Part shown: one piece after another, positions 1 to 10,156 of the stretch
Layout of the letters: every line of letters starts with the position of its first letter
Position numbering within the stretch: the stretch's first letter is position 1
Assembly (NCBI GenBank): GCA_937924445.1
Contig: CALDSX010000010.1
Span: 11,880-75,879 of the forward strand
Length of the DNA: 64,000 nucleotides
Origin: an uncultured Chthoniobacterales bacterium
GTDB taxonomy: Bacteria > Verrucomicrobiota > Verrucomicrobiia > Chthoniobacterales > CALDSX01
Direction: 5' to 3'
Program-made: the position numbers and the translations under genes
Notes under the pieces: model-generated
Databases searched by the model: none
Told to the model about the DNA's origin: nothing
Seen by the model: the letters and a program-made list of their open reading frames with translations, nothing else

Positions 1-2
1 CT

Positions 3-113
3 CTGAGTCGCATCGCAGGGAAAACATTGATTATGGTCACACATGACGAATTATTGGCAAAAAAAGGGGATCGTCTTGTTCGAATGAAGGATGGTCGTGT
101 TGTTCCAGCCTGA
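3..113 (+). CDS. ABC transporter ATP-binding protein, C-terminal fragment (LolD/FtsE/MacB-like); 5' end lies outside the window
   Basis: Frame 3 reads LSRIAGKTLIMVTHDELLAKKGDRLVRMKDGRVVPA and stops at TGA 111-113. The MVTHD H-loop and short C-terminal tail are typical of this ABC ATPase class. Confidence 0.6.
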   Translation: MSRIAGKTLIMVTHDELLAKKGDRLVRMKDGRVVPA

Positions 114-199
114 AAGCTAAGTTCACAATATGTCTCCGCTTGATTTTTGTGAGGCTTGCCAGAGGCTGCCCAGCCCAATTTCCACCCATCGGCTGATCT

Positions 200-1672
200 A
201 TGAATAGGAAATACAATGCCACCATCGGACTCGAGGTTCACGTCCAGCTCAAGACTGCCAGCAAAATGTTTTGCGGCTGTAAGAACGAGTTTGGTGCACC
301 TCCAAACACGCACACCTGCCCAGTTTGTCTCGGCCTGCCGGGCGCGCTCCCCGTGATGAACGCGGAAGCGCTTCGTCTCACCGCCCTGACAGGTCTAATG
401 CTCGGCTGTGAGATTCCGGAAATCTGCAAATTTGATCGAAAAAATTATTTCTACGCTGACATGCCGAAAAACTACCAAATCTCGCAATACGACGTCCCGC
501 TCTGCCTTGGTGGAGCGGTTGTCCTACACGATTTGGCTTATCCCAAAGACGCACAGAAGACGATTGCCACGCCCGACAAACGCATCGGACTTGTGAGAAT
601 TCACCTTGAAGAGGACGTTGCAAAAAGTTTTCATTTTGAAAACACCAGCGGCATAGATTTTAACCGCGCCGGCACGCCGCTGATGGAGATCGTCACCAAG
701 CCAGACATCGCCTCTCCCGAGGAGGCTTTTGCGTTTCTAACAGCACTCAAGCAAATTTTGATTTATGGCAACGTGAGCGATGCGGATATGGAGAAAGGGC
801 AGCTCCGGTGCGATTGCAATGTGTCGGTGCGGCCTGAGGGGCAGCGCGAGTTTGGCACGAAAATCGAGATTAAAAATATGAACTCCATCAGTGGAGTTCG
901 GCGCGCACTCGCATTTGAAATACAGCGGCAAATCGCGGCTTTAGAGGCAGGCGCCATTTTAAGACAGGAAACGCGTCGCTGGGATGACGTCGCAGGAGAG
1001 ACGTTCCTGATGCGCACCAAAGAGGATGCCCATGATTACCGATATTTTCCAGATCCAGACCTTATGCCAGTGCAAACCGCGCCACTGGTGGAGGCCGTGA
1101 AGTCGCGCCGACCGGAGTTGCCCACAGAAAAGCGTGATCGTTTTGTAAAAGAGTATGGCGTTACACCCTACGACGCTGGGGTGCTTGGCTCAGATCAGGC
1201 TTTATCCGCTTATTTTGAAAAAGCGGCCACTGGCGCCCGCAAACCTAAAAACATCGCTAACTGGATCCTCAACGACCTCCAAAATGCCCTCGCAGCCGCA
1301 TCGCTAGACATTTCCTCTTGCCCCGTGCCACCGGAGCGTCTCGATGCACTCGTTAATCTCGTTGATGACGGACGCATTAACGGTGCACAGGCAAAGACCG
1401 TTTTCGCGGAGATGTTTACCTCCGGCAAAGATCCTGTCACGATCGTCAGGGAGAAGGGGCTTGAGCAGGTCAGCGATACTAGCGTGATCGAAGCCTTTGC
1501 GGATGAGGTGATTGCTGCCAATCCCAAGCCTGTGGCTGATTTTCAGTCAGGAAACGCTGCAGCGCTGAATTTTCTCAAAGGTCAAATCATGAAGCTTTCA
1601 AAAGGCAAAGCCAATCCAGCTCTTGCTGATAAGGTTCTGCGAGAGAAACTAGTAACTCGAAGGGATGGGTGA
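200..1672 (+). CDS. gatB: Asp-tRNA(Asn)/Glu-tRNA(Gln) amidotransferase subunit B
   Basis: 490 aa. N-terminus is IGLEVHVQLKT...KMFCGC...PNTHTCPVCLGLPGALPV. A YqeY-like C-terminal tail is present. ATG at 200. Confidence 0.95.
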   Translation: MNRKYNATIGLEVHVQLKTASKMFCGCKNEFGAPPNTHTCPVCLGLPGALPVMNAEALRLTALTGLMLGCEIPEICKFDRKNYFYADMPKNYQISQYDVPLCLGGAVVLHDLAYPKDAQKTIATPDKRIGLVRIHLEEDVAKSFHFENTSGIDFNRAGTPLMEIVTKPDIASPEEAFAFLTALKQILIYGNVSDADMEKGQLRCDCNVSVRPEGQREFGTKIEIKNMNSISGVRRALAFEIQRQIAALEAGAILRQETRRWDDVAGETFLMRTKEDAHDYRYFPDPDLMPVQTAPLVEAVKSRRPELPTEKRDRFVKEYGVTPYDAGVLGSDQALSAYFEKAATGARKPKNIANWILNDLQNALAAASLDISSCPVPPERLDALVNLVDDGRINGAQAKTVFAEMFTSGKDPVTIVREKGLEQVSDTSVIEAFADEVIAANPKPVADFQSGNAAALNFLKGQIMKLSKGKANPALADKVLREKLVTRRDG

Positions 1673-1889
1673 TCTCGCCAGCAAAACTTAAAGCGCACAA
1701 CTCGTTGGCTCTTGGAGTGCTCACAACCAAGTCGAGTTGTCTGGCGTTGTGCGTTTCACCGATCTCCAGAGTAAAATCGTTAAGGTTTAGGAAGATCATC
1801 TAGGAGATTCAGAATTCAGATTCAATTTAAGATTATAGAACTCTTCGATTGAAGCCTCGCTCGAATTCTGCTCTTCTGCCCTTCTAAAA

Positions 1890-4649
1890 ATGACCAAGGA
1901 ACGCACATCTGACACCCATTATAAAGAAACCGTTTTACTGCCGAAAACCGGCTTCCCGATGAAGGCTGGTCTCAGGGAATTGGAACCCAAGTTGATTGAT
2001 TTTTGGCAAAAGCGCAACATCTACCAGGAGATTTTGCAATCTCGTCAGAACACCCCTTTGTTTGTTCTTCACGACGGCCCTCCTTTTGCCAATGGCGATG
2101 TGCATATGGGGACTGCGTTAAACAAAATTCTCAAGGATTTTGTCATCAAATCCCGAACGATGCTTGGTTTTCGAGCACCGTTTATTCCAGGCTGGGACTG
2201 TCACGGCTTACCTATTGAATATAAAGTTGTTAAGGAATCAAAAGGGCTTTCCCCTGCCGAAGTCCGACGGCGTTCAGCGGAATACGCTTGGAAATATATT
2301 GGAATCCAGCGGGAACAATTCCGGCGTCTTGGTGTGTTTGGTGACTGGCAATCTCCATATTTGACCCTCGAACCGGCCTACGAAGCGGCGGTGATCCGGG
2401 CGTTTGCTCGCTTTGTGGAGGCCGACCTGGTCTATCGCGGCAAAAAGCCCGTTTATTGGAGCACCGGGGCTCAGACAGCTCTTGCCGAGGCAGAAGTTGA
2501 AATGGAAGAGCACACCTCTCCTGCCATCTACGCCACCTTCAGACTCAAAGAAGGTGATCCTGCTCTAATCGAAAGAGGGGCGGAAGTGGTTATTTGGACC
2601 ACCACTCCGTGGACGCTGCCCGCCAACGTGGCCATCGCACTCCACCCCGATGCGATTTATCTCGCGCAATGCTTCCGCTCATCGGATGACGCGCTACGGC
2701 TCCTCGTTCTCGCCTCAGATTTGGTAAGTTCTTTTGCCGCAGAAACCGGACTCGAGCCCGTGGGTGAACCCACAGCATCATTCAGGGGTTCTGCTCTGGA
2801 AAACTGGACCGCACAACATCCGCTTTTTAACCGAACGGTGCCGCTGGTTTTGGCCGACTACGTAACGATGGACACGGGCACAGGCTGTGTTCATACTGCT
2901 CCCGGGCATGGGGCGGAAGACTACCAAACCGGACTGAAATACGCTCTCCCACAACTCTCCCCGGTGGATGATAAAGGCCGCTTCACAAGCGACTGTGGCC
3001 TAGATGAGCTTACTGGATGTTATGTCTTCGACGCCAATGCCAGGATCATTGAATTACTAACAACCCGCAGGGCACTTGTCGGCCACCAGCCTTACGTCCA
3101 CAAATATCCTTACTGTTGGCGTTCCAAAACTCCGGTTATTTTTCGTTCTGTCGAGCAGTTCTTCATTCGAATTGACAAATTGCGCGAGCTCGCCCTTCGC
3201 CGTATTGATGAGGTTGAGTGGCTCCCAGCTTGGGGACGTAATCGGATTTATGGCACCGTTGAAGCGCGTAAAGACTGGTGCATCTCGCGTCAACGTTCAT
3301 GGGGGGTGCCGCTACCTGTTTTTTACTCGCCGCAAGGGGAACCGATGCTCGATCCTGCTCTGATTCGAAAAATTGCGGATGTTGTTGAGGTTGAGGGAGC
3401 AGATTTCTGGTTCGACTTATCCGAGAGAGAATTGGCAGAGCGGTTTGGTCTTCCATCTGGCACAACACGAAAACTCGACACGCTGGATGTGTGGATTGAC
3501 TCGGGGGTGAGCCATTCGGCAGTGCTCCGCACGAATTCAGCATTGCGTTTTCCTGCTGATCTTTATTTGGAGGCGACCGATCAGCACCGTGGTTGGTTCC
3601 AAAGCTCGTTGATGACCTCCGTTGCGATGACCGGTGAGGCACCCTATAAAAGAGTGTTGACTCACGGCTTTGTGGTGGACACCGACGGACGCAAGTTGTC
3701 CAAGTCAAAACAGGGTGCCTATCAAAAGCCCACGACCGCCTCGCACTTTGTGGAATCTCATGGTGCCGATATCGTCCGGCTCTGGGCATCCAGCGTTGAT
3801 CACACTGCTGAAGTCCCCTTTTCAGAAAAGGCTTTCAACCAACTGTCCGAAACATATCGGCGATTGCGCAATACTCTCCGGATACTCCTGGCAAATCTTC
3901 ATGATTTTGACCCGGCACTCGCCGAGTCGTCCTTGGCCTCTGCCACTTTGATTGATCGTTGGATCCTTCACCGGCTTGAGGAACTAAACGCTAAGTGCCG
4001 GGCTGCGTTTGAGGCGTGCGATTTTCATACTGTACACCACGCGCTCGTAAATTTTTGCGTCAACGACCTGAGTGCCCTCTATGTGGACATCACAAAAGAT
4101 CGTCTCTACTGCGACGCCCTGTCATCTCCACGCCGCCGGGCCACGCAGGCTGCTATGAGCGAGCTCTTTAGCGCTCTTTGCCGCCTTCTCGCGCCTTTCC
4201 TGCCGTTCACCGCTGAGGAGGCGTGGGGATATTTCAAGAAAGACGGTTCGTCAGTTCACATACAAATGTTTCCGCAAGCGAATTCTGCGCGAAGTGATGC
4301 GCAGGCCGCTGAACTCGTCAGCAGACTTCTCCGCGTGCGTGATGCTGTTTCCGCCGCCGTTGAGACCGCCCGCCAGGCTAAAAATATTGGAAAATCTATC
4401 GAGGCGACTGTCAATGTAACAACTCCTGACCATGAGATCATTGATTGGATTTCACAAAATCGCGCTGAGGCGGAGGAATTTTTCCTCGTTGCCTCGATAG
4501 AGGTCACGGCGGGACAAACTCTCACCGCCTTTGCCACCCGGAGCTCCGATCCGGCTTGTGCCCGCTGCTGGCGCCATCTTCCGGATGTTGGAACGGTGAA
4601 AGCTCATCCCCGACTCTGCCGACGGTGCGCGGCAGCGATTGGTGCCTGA
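1890..4649 (+). CDS. ileS: Isoleucine--tRNA ligase (type 1, with C-terminal zinc finger)
   Basis: 919 aa. HIGH-class motif PFANGDVHMGTALNKILKD, KMSKS-class motif KLSKSK, GWDCHGLPIE, and a C-terminal CARCW...CRRC. Confidence 0.95.
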   Translation: MTKERTSDTHYKETVLLPKTGFPMKAGLRELEPKLIDFWQKRNIYQEILQSRQNTPLFVLHDGPPFANGDVHMGTALNKILKDFVIKSRTMLGFRAPFIPGWDCHGLPIEYKVVKESKGLSPAEVRRRSAEYAWKYIGIQREQFRRLGVFGDWQSPYLTLEPAYEAAVIRAFARFVEADLVYRGKKPVYWSTGAQTALAEAEVEMEEHTSPAIYATFRLKEGDPALIERGAEVVIWTTTPWTLPANVAIALHPDAIYLAQCFRSSDDALRLLVLASDLVSSFAAETGLEPVGEPTASFRGSALENWTAQHPLFNRTVPLVLADYVTMDTGTGCVHTAPGHGAEDYQTGLKYALPQLSPVDDKGRFTSDCGLDELTGCYVFDANARIIELLTTRRALVGHQPYVHKYPYCWRSKTPVIFRSVEQFFIRIDKLRELALRRIDEVEWLPAWGRNRIYGTVEARKDWCISRQRSWGVPLPVFYSPQGEPMLDPALIRKIADVVEVEGADFWFDLSERELAERFGLPSGTTRKLDTLDVWIDSGVSHSAVLRTNSALRFPADLYLEATDQHRGWFQSSLMTSVAMTGEAPYKRVLTHGFVVDTDGRKLSKSKQGAYQKPTTASHFVESHGADIVRLWASSVDHTAEVPFSEKAFNQLSETYRRLRNTLRILLANLHDFDPALAESSLASATLIDRWILHRLEELNAKCRAAFEACDFHTVHHALVNFCVNDLSALYVDITKDRLYCDALSSPRRRATQAAMSELFSALCRLLAPFLPFTAEEAWGYFKKDGSSVHIQMFPQANSARSDAQAAELVSRLLRVRDAVSAAVETARQAKNIGKSIEATVNVTTPDHEIIDWISQNRAEAEEFFLVASIEVTAGQTLTAFATRSSDPACARCWRHLPDVGTVKAHPRLCRRCAAAIGA

Positions 4650-4681
4650 CGGAGCTACACCGCTGAATTTGGTAAGATTTT

Positions 4682-6241
4682 ATGACTCAGCTAAGATCAT
4701 CCATATCGGAAAGTGGACTCACTCAAAATCCATTTCGCGAGAACTTAACATCCCGTGCCGCTCCCCAGCCCTGCACACTCGTCATTTTTGGAGCCAGCGG
4801 TGATTTAACACACCGAAAGCTCGTGCCTGCCCTTCTGAACCTAGCCTCCGATGGCAACCTGCCGCCTGGGCTCTCCATGATTGGCTTTGCCCGACGTGCA
4901 AAGACGGATGAATCTTTCAGGGCTGAACTCCTTGAGGCAGCAAAAAAATTCTCACGCCGCACTTTTGACCAAACACTTTGGGATAGTTTTGCTAGCTCAA
5001 TCTCTTACCACTGCAGCGAATTCGAGGATGCCACCGGTTATGAAACCCTTCGCCATCGCATCGAGGAAATCGAGGCACGCCAGGGAGCTCTGGGCAACAG
5101 GCTATTTTACCTTGCTGCGGCGCCGGAACAATTTGCCCCTATTCTTTCCCACATCAAAAGCTCTGGGCTCTGCAAATCGCCGCGTGGTGGGTGGTCACGT
5201 GTTATTGTGGAAAAGCCCTTTGGCCGTGACCTAAAGAGCGCCCAGGCACTCAACCACGCCGTAGAGAGGGCTTTCCCCGAGAACGAAACATACCGCATTG
5301 ACCATTATCTGGGCAAAGAAACCGCCCAGAACATTATGGTTCTGCGCTTTGCCAACGCGATCTTCGAGCCGCTTTGGAACAACCGCCATATTGACCATGT
5401 CCAAATTACCGCGTCGGAAACGCTTGGCGTCGGAAGTCGCGGCGGATATTACGACACTTCTGGAGCTCTTCGCGATATGGTCCAAAACCATCTGTTCCAG
5501 CTCCTCTGCCTCACGGCAATGGAACCACCTGTTGATTTGTCTGCAGACTCCGTGCGTGACGAAAAAGTCAAGGTCATCCGCGCCCTGCGGCCGATCAATC
5601 GCGCGAACGTCGCTCGAGATGTCGTCCGTGGCCAATATACCTCCGGTGCGATCGATGGCATTGATGTGCCAGCCTACCTCGAAGAAGATCGTGTCGCTCC
5701 TGATTCCAAGACAGAAACCTTTGTTGCATTGCGCGTTTTTGTTGATAACTGGCGCTGGGCAGATGTGCCGTTCTACATTCGCGTTGGCAAACGTCTTCCT
5801 AAGCCCGGCACCGAAATTGCGATTCACTTCCGCTCGGCTCCGCCTGTTCTATTTAACCGCCTTGAAAATTCTGGTGATGATAATATTCTCGTAATACGAA
5901 TTCAGCCCGATGAAGGAATTTCTCTCAGGATGCAGGCAAAGCTCCCAGGCACATCGCTGCGAATCGAGCCAGTGAAGATGGATTTCAGATATGGCACATC
6001 CTTCGGCAAAGTCGGCCCTGAAGCGTACGAGCGTCTCTTACTTGATGCCATGAGCGGAGATGCTACGCTTTTCGCCCGACGCGACGAGGTTGAACACGCT
6101 TGGGAATTCATTGACGGCATTGAGGAGGGGTGGTCAGAACCGTCAGCTCCCCCTCTACATCTTTACCCAGCGGGTGCTTGGGGTCCGGACGCAGCCGATG
6201 AACTCATTTCCGCAACCGGGCATTGTTGGAGAAGATTGTAA
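4682..6241 (+). CDS. zwf: Glucose-6-phosphate 1-dehydrogenase
   Basis: 519 aa. NADP site FGASGDLTHRKL, active-site RIDHYLGKE and EKPFG. Confidence 0.95.
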   Translation: MTQLRSSISESGLTQNPFRENLTSRAAPQPCTLVIFGASGDLTHRKLVPALLNLASDGNLPPGLSMIGFARRAKTDESFRAELLEAAKKFSRRTFDQTLWDSFASSISYHCSEFEDATGYETLRHRIEEIEARQGALGNRLFYLAAAPEQFAPILSHIKSSGLCKSPRGGWSRVIVEKPFGRDLKSAQALNHAVERAFPENETYRIDHYLGKETAQNIMVLRFANAIFEPLWNNRHIDHVQITASETLGVGSRGGYYDTSGALRDMVQNHLFQLLCLTAMEPPVDLSADSVRDEKVKVIRALRPINRANVARDVVRGQYTSGAIDGIDVPAYLEEDRVAPDSKTETFVALRVFVDNWRWADVPFYIRVGKRLPKPGTEIAIHFRSAPPVLFNRLENSGDDNILVIRIQPDEGISLRMQAKLPGTSLRIEPVKMDFRYGTSFGKVGPEAYERLLLDAMSGDATLFARRDEVEHAWEFIDGIEEGWSEPSAPPLHLYPAGAWGPDAADELISATGHCWRRL

Positions 6242-6301
6242 CTTCCGGGCCACTTTCCTTGTGTGCCTGTCGCTGTTCAAAATTCTTATAGTTTATCTCC
6301 G

Positions 6302-7015
6302 ATGAGTCATGCCCTTCCTGCAGAACGATGCCTTTCAGTTGTCATGCCGGTTTTCAACGAAGAGCGAACCGTCGAACGCGTGATTCGTACTGTGCTTGAA
6401 CAGCCGAGCGTCGCGGAATTGCTGGTCGTTGACGATTGCAGCCAGGATCTAACATGGCAAATTCTTCAAAATTCATTCGCTCAGGAACCGCGTGTAAAGC
6501 TTCATCGGCACAAGGTCAATCGTGGTAAAGGTGCCGCCGTTAGAACCGGAATCCAGAACGCCACAGCACCCTTTGTCATCGTCCAGGACGCAGATCTTGA
6601 ATATGACCCCAGGGAATTTCCCCTGCTGCTCAGGCCTCTGCTCGAAGGTGCAGCCGACGCGGTCTTTGGCTCTCGTTTTATCGGCTCGCAAGAACATCGC
6701 GTCCTCTACTTTTGGCATTCGGTTGGAAACAGATTTCTGACACTCCTGTCGAATATGTTTACCAATATCAACCTGACAGATATGGAGACCTGCTACAAAG
6801 CCGTTCGCCGCGAATTACTTCAATCCATTCCCCTCAAGGAAAATCGATTTGGGTTCGAACCCGAGTTGACAGCCAAACTCGCCCGCCGCAACGCCCGTAT
6901 CTATGAAGTTGCTGTGAGTTACCACGGACGCACTTATGCAGAGGGCAAAAAAATCAACTGGAAAGACGGCTTTCGCGCCCTCTGGTGCATTGTCCGTTAC
7001 GGCCTTGCGGATTAG
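6302..7015 (+). CDS. Family 2 glycosyltransferase (polyprenyl-phosphate sugar synthase-like)
   Basis: [11 protein letters not shown]...[10 protein letters not shown]...[11 protein letters not shown]...[10 protein letters not shown]...FGSRF. The track ORF opens at GTG 6263; the first ATG is at 6302. Confidence 0.75.
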   Translation: MSHALPAERCLSVVMPVFNEERTVERVIRTVLEQPSVAELLVVDDCSQDLTWQILQNSFAQEPRVKLHRHKVNRGKGAAVRTGIQNATAPFVIVQDADLEYDPREFPLLLRPLLEGAADAVFGSRFIGSQEHRVLYFWHSVGNRFLTLLSNMFTNINLTDMETCYKAVRRELLQSIPLKENRFGFEPELTAKLARRNARIYEVAVSYHGRTYAEGKKINWKDGFRALWCIVRYGLAD

Positions 7016-7040
7016 GACAAACCTAAAGAAAAAAGGGTTC

Positions 7041-7064
7041 GCTCCAACCTCAGTTTGTTGGAGC
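7041..7064. terminator. Hairpin between convergent genes; candidate terminator, mainly for the minus-strand ATPase gene
   Basis: GCTCCAAC (7041-7048) pairs with GTTGGAGC (7057-7064) around an 8-nt loop. The A-rich run at 7026-7034 becomes a U-run on the minus-strand transcript. The hairpin overlaps the ATPase stop codon at 7050-7052. Confidence 0.4.
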
Positions 7065-9470
7065 ATCAACACCTTCTTTTGTCGAACGTCCACGCCAGCC
7101 TAGCAAACGCAACCCGTTCAAACAGACTAGCACCGTGCTTCCCTCATGGCCGACCACCCCAACAGGCAACGGCAGAGCGAATCCGAGCGCCGCTCCGGCA
7201 AGAACAACAATCACTCCCCCAGCAAACACCAAGTTCTGAATTAGAACACGTTTTGCCTGACGAGCGAGACTGAGAAGAGCCGGAATGTTTTCAAGACGAT
7301 CACCCATCAACACAACATCGGCCGTCTCCATTGCGATGTCAGTTCCCGCGCCACCCATTGCGATACCGAGATGCGCCGCTGCGAGTGCCGGTGCATCGTT
7401 AACCCCATCGCCGATCATCGCCACAACTCCCTCTCGCTTGAGCTCGCGCACGGCCGCAACTTTGTCCGCCGGCAGTAACCCGGCGCGAAACTCTTCAAGT
7501 CCGGCCTGCCGGGCGATTGCCCGCGCAACGCCAACTTGATCCCCAGTCAGCATGACAATCCTTCGTATTCCGCACCTGCGGAGGTCCTCCACCGCCCTTA
7601 CTGCATCCGGGCGAAGAGTATCTGCAAGGCCAAACACAGCGAGAGCCTCCACGCCACCTGCATTCCTGCGCCCGAACCAAACGCATGTCTTCCCATCTGC
7701 CTGTAACGCATCCTCGTGACCAGAGAGCAGATCCATCCCTGAGACACCGTTTTCATCGAAAAATCGGTGGCTTCCCACAAGGAAAATATCCCCTCCGATT
7801 GTTGCCTGTGCACCTTTTCCGGCAACAGACTGAAACGCCTGCGCCTCCGGCAGTTCCAACCCGAGCTGTCGAGCAGCAACAACAATGGCGGCTGCAAGTG
7901 GATGCTCAGATCGCGCCTCAAGCCCGGCACATAACCGCAGTAAATCTGCGCTCCGTTGCGAGAGTTGTCCATCCGAGAGCATCTCAACTCCCGAAGATGT
8001 TGCTATGTGCGTTACTGAAGGGCGCCCAATCGTCAACGTACCAGTTTTGTCAAGACAAACAATGTCAGCCCGTGCGGCAGTCTCCAGATGGCTGCCACCC
8101 TTGATGAGAATTCCCCGGCGAGCGGCCCCTCCAATCGCCGAAAGCACTGTCGCGGGTGTGCTGATGATCAACGCACAGGGCGATGCGACCACCATCACTG
8201 TCATCGCCCGATAAAAAGCTTTGCCAAACTCCTCCCCAAAAGACAACCAAGGCACCAGCAAAACTGCGGCAGTGAAAATAATAACACCCGCCGCGTAATT
8301 CTGTTCGGCCTTTTCGAGAAAACGCTGCGTTTGAGACTTCTCCGCCTGCGCTTCCGCCACAAGCCGCACCATTTTTGCCAAAGTTGTCTCCTCCGACCCG
8401 CGCACGACACGAACTTCCATAGCACCAGACTGGTTGAGTGTGCCGGCAAAAACTTCACCTCCCAGCTTTTTGTGCACCGGGAGTGACTCGCCCGTCAGGC
8501 TCGATTCATCAACGTAAGTCTCTCCCTCTGTCACAACTCCATCCACCGGCAGCAGATCACCCGGACGCACAATCACAGTATCGCCCGCAAGCAGTTCGGA
8601 CACCGGCACGAGCTCGGTCCCCTCTGCCGTTTTGCGCAGCGCCGTCTCCGGGCGCAATTTCAAAAGCGATTCAATGGCTCGGCGTGTCCGGTCAAGAGCG
8701 TTGCTCTGTAAAACGTTGGAGAAGCTGAAAAGAAACAGCAACAGGGCCCCCTCAAACGGGGCACCGACAATCGCCGCACCCAACGCTGCCAACACCATCA
8801 ACAGATCCACATCCAAAGTCTTTGCCCGAAGCGAAGCAATAGCTGAACGGACACCGTATTGCCCGCCAAAAACATAGCTTAATGCAAAGAGCACCCCCGA
8901 GCCCAGGCCGCTACCTGCGACCCGTTCTGTCACCGCTCCGGTAATCATGAAAAGAAACCCCAAACCGCAAGAGATTTCTTCATTCAACTCTCCCGCACGC
9001 AGGCGCTCAGGAAAACTCTTACGGACCGGAACGGCTTTCCCCAGCGGTGACACAGAGGCCCCCTCATTGCGCACACGCTCAAAAAGTAGGTCCTCATCCG
9101 TTACCGCCGGGTCAAACGTGAGACAGAGAACGTGACCAACGTAGGTCGCCAGGGCACGACGCACTCCGGGTAACCGCTCGATGCGACGTTCCAGCTTGGA
9201 GGCAGCCGCCTCACAGGCCTCGCCATCAAGCCGCATCACCCAACGCCGCGAAGAACCGCTCCCCTCCAAAGCAGAAGAAAAATGCCGGGTGATGATCGCT
9301 CGCACGTCCGCTTCCCTAAGTTGCTGGGGATCAAAGGCAATTTCCACTCGCGTCCCCCCATCCCTTGGTGAAATCTTAAGAATCCCCTCGTGGTCAGAAA
9401 TGGCCTGCACCGGCTTTTTCAACTTTTCAGACAACTTGCTCATAATTCTGTTTTTTTCCGTTTTAAGCAT
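7050..9470 (-). CDS. Heavy-metal-translocating P1B-type ATPase (SPC / HEGST signature, Co/Zn/Fe-type)
   Basis: 806 aa. DKTGTLT, GDGVNDAPAL, TGES, membrane motif ASPCALIISTP and HEGSTVLVCLNG. The N-terminus carries a Cys-less HMA-like segment. An alternative ATG is at 9443. Confidence 0.85.
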   Translation of the reverse strand: MLKTEKNRIMSKLSEKLKKPVQAISDHEGILKISPRDGGTRVEIAFDPQQLREADVRAIITRHFSSALEGSGSSRRWVMRLDGEACEAAASKLERRIERLPGVRRALATYVGHVLCLTFDPAVTDEDLLFERVRNEGASVSPLGKAVPVRKSFPERLRAGELNEEISCGLGFLFMITGAVTERVAGSGLGSGVLFALSYVFGGQYGVRSAIASLRAKTLDVDLLMVLAALGAAIVGAPFEGALLLFLFSFSNVLQSNALDRTRRAIESLLKLRPETALRKTAEGTELVPVSELLAGDTVIVRPGDLLPVDGVVTEGETYVDESSLTGESLPVHKKLGGEVFAGTLNQSGAMEVRVVRGSEETTLAKMVRLVAEAQAEKSQTQRFLEKAEQNYAAGVIIFTAAVLLVPWLSFGEEFGKAFYRAMTVMVVASPCALIISTPATVLSAIGGAARRGILIKGGSHLETAARADIVCLDKTGTLTIGRPSVTHIATSSGVEMLSDGQLSQRSADLLRLCAGLEARSEHPLAAAIVVAARQLGLELPEAQAFQSVAGKGAQATIGGDIFLVGSHRFFDENGVSGMDLLSGHEDALQADGKTCVWFGRRNAGGVEALAVFGLADTLRPDAVRAVEDLRRCGIRRIVMLTGDQVGVARAIARQAGLEEFRAGLLPADKVAAVRELKREGVVAMIGDGVNDAPALAAAHLGIAMGGAGTDIAMETADVVLMGDRLENIPALLSLARQAKRVLIQNLVFAGGVIVVLAGAALGFALPLPVGVVGHEGSTVLVCLNGLRLLGWRGRSTKEGVDAPTN

Positions 9471-9553
9471 GATTCTGTCTGGGCTGAAAGTACTTTTTTC
9501 ACTCCGTTTTCTGCCACTCCTCGACCTAGTAGAGTGGAAGATCCTCTGAGGTG

Positions 9554-10156
9554 TTATCCCCCCTTTGACGGCTTTAAAGTCATATTAGGATAAACGAGTT
9601 TAGTCTGTTCTAAGAACTCCACTGCGCGGGCAAAATTCATCCGAACAGCCGTCGTTCCGCCACCGTTTATAGCAAAGACCCATACCGGCCCCCTGAGCTC
9701 CACCTCGCACAAATCCGCCACACCTTGAACCAGAAACAAACCCAATGGCCGGTTCACGATAAATTTTAGTCAAATTACCGCCAAGCCATACACACGAGCC
9801 TTTTCATCGCTGGGTTTCTTATGCGCCTTGGACAAAGGCACAGCTGAGGTTTCCTCTGAGGTGATCAGTCGTCCACTCGCTCCAGCGCCAAGTAGCATTG
9901 CCAGATCACCGCGGCCGGTTCTCGACTCCCTCGCAAGCTCTTCGCCATCCCACTTCCCCTCCTTGGCTAAGCCAAGTTCGTCTCGAACCGAGTCGGCAAT
10001 TTGCTCAGCCGCAACACAGGCACCCTCACCACTCCAATGCGTGTCTGTCTGCAGCCACCACTTTGAGCTTTCGAGCCCTGAAAGCCTCAGCACCTTCACC
10101 CCTGAATGATTCAACAACTCATGAAACCGCTCGGTTTCTTCGTCAAACCTTCTCTT
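9554..10156 (-). pseudogene. Remnant of an AlgX/AlgJ-like SGNH (DxHW) O-acyltransferase-family gene, broken by stops and frame changes
   Basis: ORF 9770-10117 (frame open up to 10156) reads ...GVKVLRL...WWLQTDTHWSGEGACVAAEQIA...GDLAMLLG. After a stop, ORF 9554-9757 continues with ...GPVWVFAINGGG... in another frame. No intact N-terminal half is seen. Confidence 0.4.

Noticed and set aside
3163-5894. Long shadow ORFs inside ileS (3163-3789, minus) and zwf (5231-5827 minus; 5298-5894 plus, off-frame)
   Set aside because: All lie within genes that have unambiguous motifs in another frame or strand. There is no independent support for them.
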